From positions 161,275-225,274 of the forward strand of contig JAUYJS010000008.1 of assembly GCA_030698565.1 (NCBI GenBank): a DNA stretch of 64,000 bases, read 5' to 3'. Numbering within the stretch: position 1 is the first letter of the stretch; the number at the start of each line of letters is the position of its first letter. Below are positions 37,960-46,622 of the stretch, piece by piece. The translations under genes and the position numbers were made by a program. The DNA comes from Candidatus Shapirobacteria bacterium. GTDB taxonomy: Bacteria; Patescibacteriota; Microgenomatia; UBA12405. Under the pieces are notes generated by a model that worked only from the letters and a program-made list of their open reading frames with translations, made no database searches and was not told where the DNA came from.

Positions 37960-38018
37960 TCCCCTGTAGCTCAATGGTAGACCTGCCTGCCGGCAGGCAG
38001 GGCGCCCGCCTGTTAAGC
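37960..38018 (+). pseudogene. tRNA-Asn 5' fragment B interrupted by a 20-nt perfect palindrome
   Basis: TCCCCTGTAGCTCAATGGTAGA [CCTGCCTGCCGGCAGGCAGG] GCGCCCGCCTGTTAAGC; flanks equal tRNA nt 1-39. Confidence 0.9.
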
Positions 38019-38024
38019 TTATTC

Positions 38025-38309
38025 ATGTACTTTGTTTACATCTTGAAAAGTTTAAAAACAGACGAGCTCTATAAAGGTATTACCAATGACTTACAAAGAA
38101 GGATTATTGAGCATAATTCAAATAAGAATATCGGCTCCCGTGGTAAAGGGCCATGGCGATTAGTATATTTTGAAGAACACTCAAATCGAATTGAAGCCAG
38201 AAAACGAGAAAAATATTTTAAGTCCGGTTCTGGCCGGGAATTTTTAAAAATCATACTAAACACAATCCCCTGTAGCTCAATGGTAGAGCGCCCGCCTGTT
38301 AAGCGGTAG
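38025..38309 (+). CDS. small GIY-YIG nuclease (UPF0213-like)
   Basis: MYFVYILKS..LYKGITNDLQRRIIEHN..PWRLVYFE..ARKREKYFKSGSGR; stop lies inside tRNA-Asn. Confidence 0.9.
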   Translation: MYFVYILKSLKTDELYKGITNDLQRRIIEHNSNKNIGSRGKGPWRLVYFEEHSNRIEARKREKYFKSGSGREFLKIILNTIPCSSMVERPPVKR

Positions 38310-38337
38310 GTTCGAGGTCCGAATCCTCGCGGGGGAG
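38266..38337 (+). tRNA. tRNA-Asn(GUU)
   Basis: TCCCCTG/CGGGGGA acceptor, CCGC-CTGTTAA-GCGG anticodon arm, CGAGG-TCCGAAT-CCTCG T-arm, G73. Confidence 0.92.
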
Positions 38338-39900
38338 CAAAGCGGAACACTCAGGTTCCGAAGAAGCATAATACTTGGAAACTTTCGTTAAATCATACTG
38401 TTCGAAAATTTCTTTATCGTTATTCATCAATTTTTCTATATTCGAACTATTTGTTCGTTTAGCTAGTGCTAAAAGAGATTTAAATCCCGGTGTTAATGTG
38501 TAGAATACCTTGTCAATATCAAGTTCAATAGTGTCGAATACTTTTTTCATCAATTGTCTTTTCTCATTCGGTTCGACTTTTAAAAACGACGCCTTACCGT
38601 TCTGAGAAATCTCGTAAATTCTTACTCCCAGATCAGTAGTTTTTTGTATCGCCTCTGTTTGTTTGACAATATGTTTATCCAGCTCCGTTAAGTCACCGGA
38701 GAACTTTTTAGCAAGAATGTTGTATTGATCTTCCGAAATCTTACCATCCAACTTATCAATATATGCTTCACTTAATCTATTAGTGTAAATTTTTCTCGAT
38801 TTTTCTAATTCCTTTACCGAATCAAGATACAAGTCGGATTCGCTATTGTTCGTTTCTTTTAATGCCTTTTTCAGCCACTCTCTAACTTTTAGGCTGTCAA
38901 TTTTAAACTCATCGAGTACATTTCCAATACATTCTTCCACAACAATTTCCTTTGACCATTTTCGCTTAGGGCAATTTCGGTAATGATTACAATGGCCGTA
39001 CATTATTCCCTTGGCCTGTTCCCAGGTAATTGTTCCGTGACATTCATGACACTTAAAAACGCCTTTAAATTTGTAGTCATGTTTGCTGTATTTTGGGGTA
39101 TTCTTTGAACTAAGTATCCTTTGAACTTTATCAAACAGTTCTCGATCAATGATGGGTTCTTGTTTACCTTTGTGAATTTCACCTTTCCACATAAAGTCGC
39201 CTATATAAAACGGATCTCTCAGCAGCCGATGCATCCGACTCTTATGGACCAGCTTACCACTATCACTTTTCATACCTAATGTGTGCATTTCTTTGGATAA
39301 TTTAAGTATGGAATAAGTGCCGGTCCCATACAACTCAAACATCTTTTGGAGAATTGACGCAACTTCCGGATTAACCACATGAATTTTATGACCTTGTTCG
39401 CCTATTGTTTTATAACCATAAGGTGGTTTGGTAGGCAACCACCCTTCGCTTATCTTTTCCTTCTGACCTTTCTTTACCTCTTCACTTAGATTATCTAAAT
39501 AATACTGAGCCACTGATACTTTGATATTCCAAATAAACTTCTCGTTAGATTTAGAATTTTTATGTAGAATCACATTCTCTTTCACAAAATGAACCTGTTT
39601 TTCTTCATCATCTTCAATCCATTGGTTGATAATAACAGCGTCCCTAATGTTTCTTGTAAGCCGGTCGGTTTTTTCTACAACTAAGTTCTTTATTTTTTTT
39701 GATCTCAAATAATCCAACATTTCTTCAAAGAGCTTTCTTTGTTTGCTTCCGCCTGCTGACTCAGAAAGCGAAAACACCCTATCTATTTGAAGTCCTTTTG
39801 ACTGACAATACTCCGTTAATAATTTTTCCTGGGAGGGGAGAGAATAGCCTGTTTCTTCTTGCTCCTTAGAACTGACCCTACAAAGTAATACTGTTTTCAT
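38299..39900 (-). CDS. large serine recombinase (integrase)
   Basis: LCRVSSKEQ, EKTDRLTRN, PPYGY, QEPIIDRELF, zinc ribbon CHECH..CNH, coiled coil. Confidence 0.93.
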   Translation of the reverse strand: MKTVLLCRVSSKEQEETGYSLPSQEKLLTEYCQSKGLQIDRVFSLSESAGGSKQRKLFEEMLDYLRSKKIKNLVVEKTDRLTRNIRDAVIINQWIEDDEEKQVHFVKENVILHKNSKSNEKFIWNIKVSVAQYYLDNLSEEVKKGQKEKISEGWLPTKPPYGYKTIGEQGHKIHVVNPEVASILQKMFELYGTGTYSILKLSKEMHTLGMKSDSGKLVHKSRMHRLLRDPFYIGDFMWKGEIHKGKQEPIIDRELFDKVQRILSSKNTPKYSKHDYKFKGVFKCHECHGTITWEQAKGIMYGHCNHYRNCPKRKWSKEIVVEECIGNVLDEFKIDSLKVREWLKKALKETNNSESDLYLDSVKELEKSRKIYTNRLSEAYIDKLDGKISEDQYNILAKKFSGDLTELDKHIVKQTEAIQKTTDLGVRIYEISQNGKASFLKVEPNEKRQLMKKVFDTIELDIDKVFYTLTPGFKSLLALAKRTNSSNIEKLMNNDKEIFEQYDLTKVSKYYASSEPECSALLPREDSDLEPTA

Positions 39901-40015
39901 AATTATCTTAATTATTAAATATAGTAACTGTATATATTCACCTTAAAAGAAATCCTAAAGTAACTATATATAGTAACTATAGTTATTCTTATAAAATAAT
40001 ATCTTATAATGTATG

Positions 40016-40366
40016 TCAATCAGGGATGTTAATTTCATCAGGGTTAATATCCATCGAAGATTCAGAATTTTCGGCTAAATTCTTTTCTCGGCAATACATA
40101 TCATATATTTTTTGATAGATCTCTTGGTACAACCTCATATTATTGATGAAAACAATCTGATTCCATTTTTCACCTGATTTGTAGCTTGGAGGTTGGATCC
40201 AAATATGATCATGGAAAGCAAGATTTTCATAATTAGTTTTGCTAACCCTCCACCCCTTTTCTTCCCACTGATCAAATAGCACTAGAGTTACTTGGGCCAA
40301 AGTAGAGCTTGAATTTAGTAACTTTATTTTTACCTGAACATCATCAGGGTCAATCTTCATAGACAT
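40016..40366 (-). CDS. SpoVG-like small nucleic-acid-binding protein
   Basis: beta-rich TLAQVTLVL..GWRV..IWIQPPSYK..WNQIVF and an SSB-like acidic tail DINPDEINIPD. Confidence 0.5.
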   Translation of the reverse strand: MSMKIDPDDVQVKIKLLNSSSTLAQVTLVLFDQWEEKGWRVSKTNYENLAFHDHIWIQPPSYKSGEKWNQIVFINNMRLYQEIYQKIYDMYCREKNLAENSESSMDINPDEINIPD

Positions 40367-40545
40367 ATGTTTTTATTAAATTGTTAATTTTGTAGGTTCG
40401 ATTGTTGGTAAAATAATTCAAATTTCACCTTTTGGACCAAGGTCTGAACTTGTAAAGACCACAGTCTTTTATTCCGCAATCGGTTTTCTTCATCCCACCC
40501 ATACAGTCAAAACATTTAGTCTTTATGGCCGCTTCGATTTCACGG

Positions 40546-40737
40546 CTATGCTTTATTATTTGGTGCTTTTTGAGCGAGTTTAGTTTCATATTCATTTTTC
40601 TGAACTAATAAAAGTTGAAAATACTCAACGAGAAAATTTGCCAGCTTACTTAAAGTTTCAAAATCCAGATTAAGGTTTTTCTCTTCTTTCAGGATTTCTC
40701 CAAGCTCAATGATTAACTCCCGGCTAAGTGTTTTCAT
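40546..40737 (-). CDS. small hypothetical protein
   Basis: 63 aa, 4-nt overlap with the upstream ORF. Confidence 0.6.
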   Translation of the reverse strand: MKTLSRELIIELGEILKEEKNLNLDFETLSKLANFLVEYFQLLLVQKNEYETKLAQKAPNNKA

Positions 40738-40976
40738 TGTTGTGAGTAAATCCTGGTCTTAATAACTTTGAGTTGGTTAAAAAATTGTTGAGGTTCCACC
40801 TTTAGCTCACTGTTCCAATACATTCCAATAAGGTTTTCTAACTCTTGGGTTTTCTTGAAAACAAAAAATATCTTTCGGTTATCAACTGTTTCAAGCGATT
40901 CAATCGGGTAATACAGAGACAAAGCAGTCACCAATGCCAAGTCGGAAGTTTTGTAGTAATCTTCATTTAAATTCAT
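40734..40976 (-). CDS. DUF5659-like small mobile-element protein
   Basis: YKTSDLALVTAL..FVF..YWNSELKVEP..LKVIKTRIY pattern, as recalled. Confidence 0.55.
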   Translation of the reverse strand: MNLNEDYYKTSDLALVTALSLYYPIESLETVDNRKIFFVFKKTQELENLIGMYWNSELKVEPQQFFNQLKVIKTRIYSQQ

Positions 40977-41034
40977 GACCTCAGAATACCGAAGTCAAAA
41001 TTTAAAATTATGACAACTATTTGATTTATTATTG

Positions 41035-41793
41035 TTATCTCGACTTTTTCAAACGACTTTTGTACTTTCTTATTCTGTTTACTGCTTTTCTATCATCTTC
41101 CTCAGTATCTGTTTTTGAAATCTCTGCCCTAACCACCCAGTCAATGTCGTGAAGTTTATAGCTAGAATTATCTGTTACATCTTCTTCAAACTTACTCTCT
41201 TTTTCATTTAGGTAATTTATATACTCATACAATCTTTTTCCCGTCGTAGGAGTAATGTTTTTGCTCTTATAGATCCTTAGCTCTTTTTGAAGCTCCTTAA
41301 TCGAGGCCCATGCCTCCTTAATATCACTTAGCTTCGTTGACGAATTTATCTCTAAGGAAACAGTTTCGTTATTTTTCTTTTCGAATGATAGGTTATAAAT
41401 CGGAGGCATAAAGAACCCAGTTATTACCAAAGTTGCTAATGGAGGAAACCAATCGTTAGTTAAGTTGTGAGTTTCTCTAAATTCTTCAACCTTTTTTAAA
41501 AACGCCATTCTTTTTTCACTATTCACAAAACCGACCACTCTTAGCATTTCTGACTGACTATCGTTCCAGAATTCCAGCATTTCCTTCCAGTCGCTCTCCT
41601 TGCTTTTTGTTCTAAAAAATCTTTTCCAAGTAATATAATTACCTCTATCTAAATTATTTAAACCAAGTAATCCTCTCGTCCCATTGATAAATTTCCAGAA
41701 ATCATCTTCCAATAATGTAAATAGTCTGTTGAATTCCAAGTCATTTTTAACAATAGTTTTCAATTTACCATCCATTTTCATATTTCTCGACAT
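41035..41793 (-). CDS. hypothetical protein
   Basis: 252 aa ORF with a basic C-terminus. Confidence 0.7.
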   Translation of the reverse strand: MSRNMKMDGKLKTIVKNDLEFNRLFTLLEDDFWKFINGTRGLLGLNNLDRGNYITWKRFFRTKSKESDWKEMLEFWNDSQSEMLRVVGFVNSEKRMAFLKKVEEFRETHNLTNDWFPPLATLVITGFFMPPIYNLSFEKKNNETVSLEINSSTKLSDIKEAWASIKELQKELRIYKSKNITPTTGKRLYEYINYLNEKESKFEEDVTDNSSYKLHDIDWVVRAEISKTDTEEDDRKAVNRIRKYKSRLKKSR

Positions 41794-41875
41794 ACAACAT
41801 GTATTTTATTCCGTATTACCGAAAAATACTAAACATTGATTAAATTTGTGGTAACATAAGTTGTCCTCACAATCT

Positions 41876-42025
41876 GTTGCCTAAACCTTGCAAAAGGCAT
41901 GGCATAAATCCGAGTTAAGGGACGGAAGCTCTCCGTCTAGCTTTCCTTAACTCGGTCATATGTCGAAAGATGTATGGGTTTGATCCGCAAGGGTCCTACC
42001 GGCTAGCGGGGAGCTTTTATTTTTT
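41876..42025 (+). ncRNA. candidate structured RNA or attenuator
   Basis: GC-rich patch with three GNRA-capped hairpins, an 11-bp helix and an alternative 15-bp helix before a U-tract. Confidence 0.5.
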
Positions 42026-42043
42026 CCCGTTAAGGATAAAAAT

Positions 42044-42244
42044 ATGAAAATTAAGATCGTAACGGGAATAGTATTTGTTTTTGTTATATCCTTTCTTTTT
42101 TACTGGTACGAATACAGGCCCACTCAAATAAGGTCCAAATGTGAAACAGATATGGAATTGACAGTGAAAGGAACCGGAAAAACAATAGAACAAGCTGATT
42201 TCTCTTATAAAATGTGTTTAAGATCTAGTGGTTTGGAAAATTAA
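42044..42244 (+). CDS. small membrane protein
   Basis: TM then FYWYEYRP..C..YKMCLRSSGL. Confidence 0.65.
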   Translation: MKIKIVTGIVFVFVISFLFYWYEYRPTQIRSKCETDMELTVKGTGKTIEQADFSYKMCLRSSGLEN

Positions 42245-42247
42245 ATT

Positions 42248-42406
42248 ATGAAACCACAACCATTTGATCCCAACGAGTTTCCAACATTAGTAAAATATGA
42301 CAGCCAGAAAATCGAAGACGCAATCCAGAAACTGATGAAAGATCGCTCTATGACCAGACAGCAAGCAATGGTGAATCTAGAACAAGATTTAAGTGAGTTA
42401 GAATAA
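42248..42406 (+). CDS. small hypothetical protein (52 aa, below the ORF-track cutoff)
   Basis: MKPQPFDPNEFPTLVKYDSQKIEDAIQKLMKDRSMTRQQAMVNLEQDLSELE*, tightly packed between neighbours. Confidence 0.55.
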   Translation: MKPQPFDPNEFPTLVKYDSQKIEDAIQKLMKDRSMTRQQAMVNLEQDLSELE

Positions 42407-42421
42407 TAAAAGATAATTAAA

Positions 42422-43000
42422 ATGAAAATAAAAAAAGATAAAATTGACTCAACGGAATTATGTAGACTTGCTTTGAAACTTTATGAAGAAAACACGGATG
42501 AATCAAAAAAGGAGTTGTTAAAAAAGAATCTTCAATATGCCTATGAAGCTATTCCTAAAGCTCGTAGGAGATATGTACTGGGAGATATGGACATTCACGA
42601 CTCTCCGATTCGAGACATTCTCTATGGTGAACACAACATGGTCAGTTGGGATTATCGGAGATATGTAGCCGATAATGGTGAGCTGTATCTACCTCACTTT
42701 AATGAATCTCATCAAAAAATAGAATATGTCCGAAAATCAGGTTACATAAACAATTCCAATCCTCCGGAAGACATTGCCATGTTTGCCGAAACTGTTGATC
42801 TAGTAAGAAGATCAGGTGTTGTCAGTTTTCCTAAAATAATGAGGCATTTTCTAGTTGGGTATGCCAAAGCTAGACGCTTAATAGATGAGTTAGGAAAAGC
42901 AGCAGTAATAAGTACGGTTACAAATGATACTGAACCAGGAAAGGTGTTGATCGAACATGGAAACAACATGAGTGCTTGGGATTTTCCGAAAACCAAATAA
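42422..43000 (+). CDS. protein with stand-alone FtsK gamma-like winged-helix domain
   Basis: VDLVRRSGVVSFPKIMRHFLVGYAKARRLIDELGKAAVIS resembles the FtsK-gamma consensus. Confidence 0.65.
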   Translation: MKIKKDKIDSTELCRLALKLYEENTDESKKELLKKNLQYAYEAIPKARRRYVLGDMDIHDSPIRDILYGEHNMVSWDYRRYVADNGELYLPHFNESHQKIEYVRKSGYINNSNPPEDIAMFAETVDLVRRSGVVSFPKIMRHFLVGYAKARRLIDELGKAAVISTVTNDTEPGKVLIEHGNNMSAWDFPKTK

Positions 43001-43007
43001 ATTGATA

Positions 43008-43330
43008 CCCAGAATCGACCAAAATCGACCATTTTCTCCCTCTAGCAACCCACCAAAACCAGCCATTTTCGGCCATTTTAGCTATGGATATTTACTAAAA
43101 ATTCATTATAAATCACCATATTTCACCACATTTAGCTATATAAAACCCACCAAAAACCACCATTTTCTACCATTTTTAGCTTTAAATGATTAGCGAGAAA
43201 CCATTAAAAACCACTATATTTCACCACTTTTCCCTATAAAAATCGACCATTTTCGACTATTTTTTAAGCTAGAAAGTCTTGTTTTGTCGTGATATTACCT
43301 ATCAAAACCCATGATTTTCCATGTTTTTTA
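43008..43330. repeat. degenerate oriented repeat tract
   Basis: recurrent AAAATCGACCATTTTC, AAAACCACCATTTTC and TATTTCACCAC units on one strand. Confidence 0.55.
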
Positions 43331-43607
43331 GCTTCAAATCATATATAAAAAACCTAATTTTTATATCAAAAATCGGTGTTTTTCGGTAATTTTCCTATCT
43401 TATCTGCCATTCAACTAGGCGAAAAAACCTAGAATTTCCTAGATTTTTATAGTCTTTTATAGGTTTTTCAATAAAAATGTCGAAGAACTTGATAATTTAT
43501 TAGCTTAAATAGTAATGGAAAGTAATGGATTACGACTACCTGTATTTAATGCGAAAAGTATGTCTGTAGTGAGCTACAATATATAAGATTAAATCACCAG
43601 AAAACTT

Positions 43608-45326
43608 ATGGTAAATATAAATGAATATGCAAACTTTATTTGGTCGGTAGCTGATACTTTAAGAGGCGATTACAAACAAGCTGACTACGGAAAAGTGATT
43701 TTACCTTTGACTGTTATCAGGAGACTAGATAGTGTTCTTTCAGATACCAAGGAAAATGTATTAAAAAGCTATGAATCCCAAAAAATAACCAATCTTCAAG
43801 AAGCTGATTTAGTACTCAATAAAATTGCCGGATACAAATTCCATAACCATAGTAAATTTGATTTTAGTAAATTGATTTCGGACCCGGATAATATCGTTTC
43901 AAATTTGAGAAATTACATTAACGGATTTTCCGAAAATGCCAGAGATATTTTAGAAAACTTTGAATTCGACAAAGAGATTCATAAACTGGATAAAGCCAAT
44001 CTCCTTTATCAAGTTGTAAAACAATTTCAGGAAATTAACTTACATCCCAGCAAAATAAATAATCATGAAATGGGTTATTTGTTTGAAGAACTGATCAGAA
44101 AGTTTGCTGAAGCATCAAATGAAACCGCCGGAGAACATTTCACACCCAGAGAAGTTATCAAGTTGATGGTCAACATCCTTTTTATTTCTGATAGTAATAT
44201 CCTTCGTGGTGACGGAATTATTAAAACCCTTTATGATCCTGCCTGTGGAACTGGTGGCATGATGTCGGTTGCTGAAGAGTATTTAAAAGAACTCAATCCA
44301 GACGCTAGACTTGAACTATTTGGACAAGAACTTAACCCAGAGTCTTATGCTGTTTGTAAGTCCGACATGTTGATAAAAGTTCAAGACCCGGACCACGTAA
44401 AATTGGGTGATACTTTGAGGAATGATCAGTTAAGGACCGAAAAATTTGATTACATGCTTTCAAATCCTCCGTTCGGAGTTAATTGGAAAAAGGCGGAGAA
44501 AGAAGTTAAGCAAGAATACGAGGATCTAGGATTTGGAGGAAGGTTTGGGGCTGGTCTTCCTAGTATCAGCGATGGATCAATGCTTTTTCTTCAACACATG
44601 GTTTCAAAAATGAAACCCACCAATGGAGGTTCCCGACTAGCGATTGTATTTAATGGCTCTCCACTATTCTCTGGTAGTGCTGGTAGTGGTCCCAGCGAGA
44701 TTAGAAGATGGATTATTGAAAACGATATGCTCGAAGCAATAATCGCTCTTCCGGACCAACTTTTTTATAACACCGGTATTTCTACATACATATGGGTTGT
44801 AACGAACAGAAAATCCATCGAAAGAAAAGGAAAGGTCCAGCTTATAAATGCTGTCTCATCCTATAAGGTGATGAGAAAGAAACTAGGCGATAAAAGAAAT
44901 GAAATAGGAACCGAGGATATTGATAAAATTGTCAGCTTATATGGGGAATTTAGTGATTCAAAATTCTCAAAGATATTTGATAATTCTGATTTTGGATATT
45001 CCCAATTAACAGTCGAAAGACCACTCAAAGACGAAAAAGGAAACATTATTAAAGACACAAAAGGCAAACCAAAAGCCGATCCTAAATTAAGGGACTCCGA
45101 AAATGTTCCATTAAAAGAAGATATTCAAGAATACTTCAAAAGAGAGGTGGTCCCATTTGTTCCAGATGCCTGGATAGATGAATCCAAAACTAAAGTTGGC
45201 TACGAAATCAATTTCACTAAGTACTTTTACGAGTATAAGCCACTTCGATCACTTGAAGAGATAACTAAAGACATTTTGGAATTAGAAAAAGAAAGTGATG
45301 GGTTATTGAAAGAAATTACTAAATAA
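43608..45326 (+). CDS. hsdM: type I RM methyltransferase subunit
   Basis: FIWSVADTLRG, AGEHFTPREV, YDPACGTGG, NPPF. Confidence 0.95.
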   Translation: MVNINEYANFIWSVADTLRGDYKQADYGKVILPLTVIRRLDSVLSDTKENVLKSYESQKITNLQEADLVLNKIAGYKFHNHSKFDFSKLISDPDNIVSNLRNYINGFSENARDILENFEFDKEIHKLDKANLLYQVVKQFQEINLHPSKINNHEMGYLFEELIRKFAEASNETAGEHFTPREVIKLMVNILFISDSNILRGDGIIKTLYDPACGTGGMMSVAEEYLKELNPDARLELFGQELNPESYAVCKSDMLIKVQDPDHVKLGDTLRNDQLRTEKFDYMLSNPPFGVNWKKAEKEVKQEYEDLGFGGRFGAGLPSISDGSMLFLQHMVSKMKPTNGGSRLAIVFNGSPLFSGSAGSGPSEIRRWIIENDMLEAIIALPDQLFYNTGISTYIWVVTNRKSIERKGKVQLINAVSSYKVMRKKLGDKRNEIGTEDIDKIVSLYGEFSDSKFSKIFDNSDFGYSQLTVERPLKDEKGNIIKDTKGKPKADPKLRDSENVPLKEDIQEYFKREVVPFVPDAWIDESKTKVGYEINFTKYFYEYKPLRSLEEITKDILELEKESDGLLKEITK

Positions 45327-45329
45327 ATA

Positions 45330-46622
45330 ATGACTTATAAATCAGACACCTCGACTTGGAATACTAAAAAATTGAAGTATGTTACTTGTATCAATTCAGA
45401 GGTGCTAAGAGAAAATAAAGATAAAGAGCAAGAAATAAGTTATATAGACATCAGTTCGGTAAATTCAGACGGTAGAATTAAAAAAATCGAGAAAGTCAAA
45501 TTTGGAGTAGCACCTTCAAGGGCAAGAAGAATCGTTAAGAAAGGGGATGTGATTATATCAACCGTAAGAACTTATTTAAGAGCCATTGCTTCCATTAAAG
45601 AAAACATTGATGATTTAATTGTATCTACTGGTTTTGCTGTATTACGAGCCGGAAATGAAATATCACCAGATTTTCTGAAATACGCTATATTAAATCCAGA
45701 TTTTATCGACAAGATAATGGCTAACTCAAAAGGAGTAAGCTATCCTGCAATTAGTAGTTCTGACTTGGCAAACTTGGCAATTTCGTACCCGTACAAAAAG
45801 GAAACACAAGATTTAATAAGTAGATACTTAAATTATAAAACCTCTCTTATAGACTCCTTAGTTCAAAAAAATGAAAAACTAATTAAACTTTTGGAAGAGA
45901 AAAAAGCAGCAATTATTAGTCAGACCATAACAAAAGGGTTAAATACGGATGTCGAGATGAAAGACAGTGTAGTTGAATGGGTTGGAAAAATACCAAAAGT
46001 GTGGAAAGTGGAGCCAGTTTCTTTAAACTTCAAAGAGAATAAAATCAAGAATAGTAATCTCCAAGAGAAAAATTTACTCTCACTTAGTTACGGAAAAATT
46101 ATAAAGAAAAACATTCTTTCAAATTTCGGTTTATTACCAGAATCGTTCTCAAATTACCAAATAGTTGAAAAAGATTGCATTATATTAAGACTTACAGATC
46201 TTCAAAACGATAAAAGAAGTTTAAGAGTAGGCTACGTACCTGAAAGAGGAATAATTACATCCGCTTATATTGGTCTAACCCCAAAAAGCAATCTAAATTC
46301 CAAATATATTTATTACTTGCTTCACAGTTATGATTTAAAGAAAGTGTTTTATAACTTAGGTTCTGGTGTAAGACAAAGTTTAACTTACTTTGATTTTAAA
46401 AAGCTTCCATTGATTATCCCTACAAGTGAAGAGCAAGAAAAAATTGTGGAGCATGTTGAGGTAGGGATAAGAAAAATTAGTGATTCAATTAACTATATTG
46501 ATAAGCAAATAAAATTATTAGAAGAATATCGCAAAACACTTATCTCAAATGTGGTCACTGGAAAAACTGATGTTAGAGATGAAAAAATTCCAGAAAGTGG
46601 GATAAAATACAACTATGCCTAA
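45330..46622 (+). CDS. hsdS: type I RM specificity subunit
   Basis: two TRDs with conserved spacers (MKDSVVEWVGKIP, LEEYRKTLISNVVTGK). Confidence 0.93.
   Translation: MTYKSDTSTWNTKKLKYVTCINSEVLRENKDKEQEISYIDISSVNSDGRIKKIEKVKFGVAPSRARRIVKKGDVIISTVRTYLRAIASIKENIDDLIVSTGFAVLRAGNEISPDFLKYAILNPDFIDKIMANSKGVSYPAISSSDLANLAISYPYKKETQDLISRYLNYKTSLIDSLVQKNEKLIKLLEEKKAAIISQTITKGLNTDVEMKDSVVEWVGKIPKVWKVEPVSLNFKENKIKNSNLQEKNLLSLSYGKIIKKNILSNFGLLPESFSNYQIVEKDCIILRLTDLQNDKRSLRVGYVPERGIITSAYIGLTPKSNLNSKYIYYLLHSYDLKKVFYNLGSGVRQSLTYFDFKKLPLIIPTSEEQEKIVEHVEVGIRKISDSINYIDKQIKLLEEYRKTLISNVVTGKTDVRDEKIPESGIKYNYA

Noticed and set aside
37974-38024. N-terminal extension MVDLPAGRQGARLLSLF on the GIY-YIG ORF
   Set aside because: It comes from the ATG in the tRNA fragment D-loop plus the 20-nt palindrome; the family-typical start is MYFVY at 38025.
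37960-38337. GIY-YIG as a tRNA intron-encoded homing endonuclease
   Set aside because: The downstream tRNA is complete rather than a 3' exon, and no group I intron core is visible.
42972-43193. 73-aa ORF in the repeat tract
   Set aside because: Low-complexity translation of the repeats, overlapping the upstream gene out of frame.
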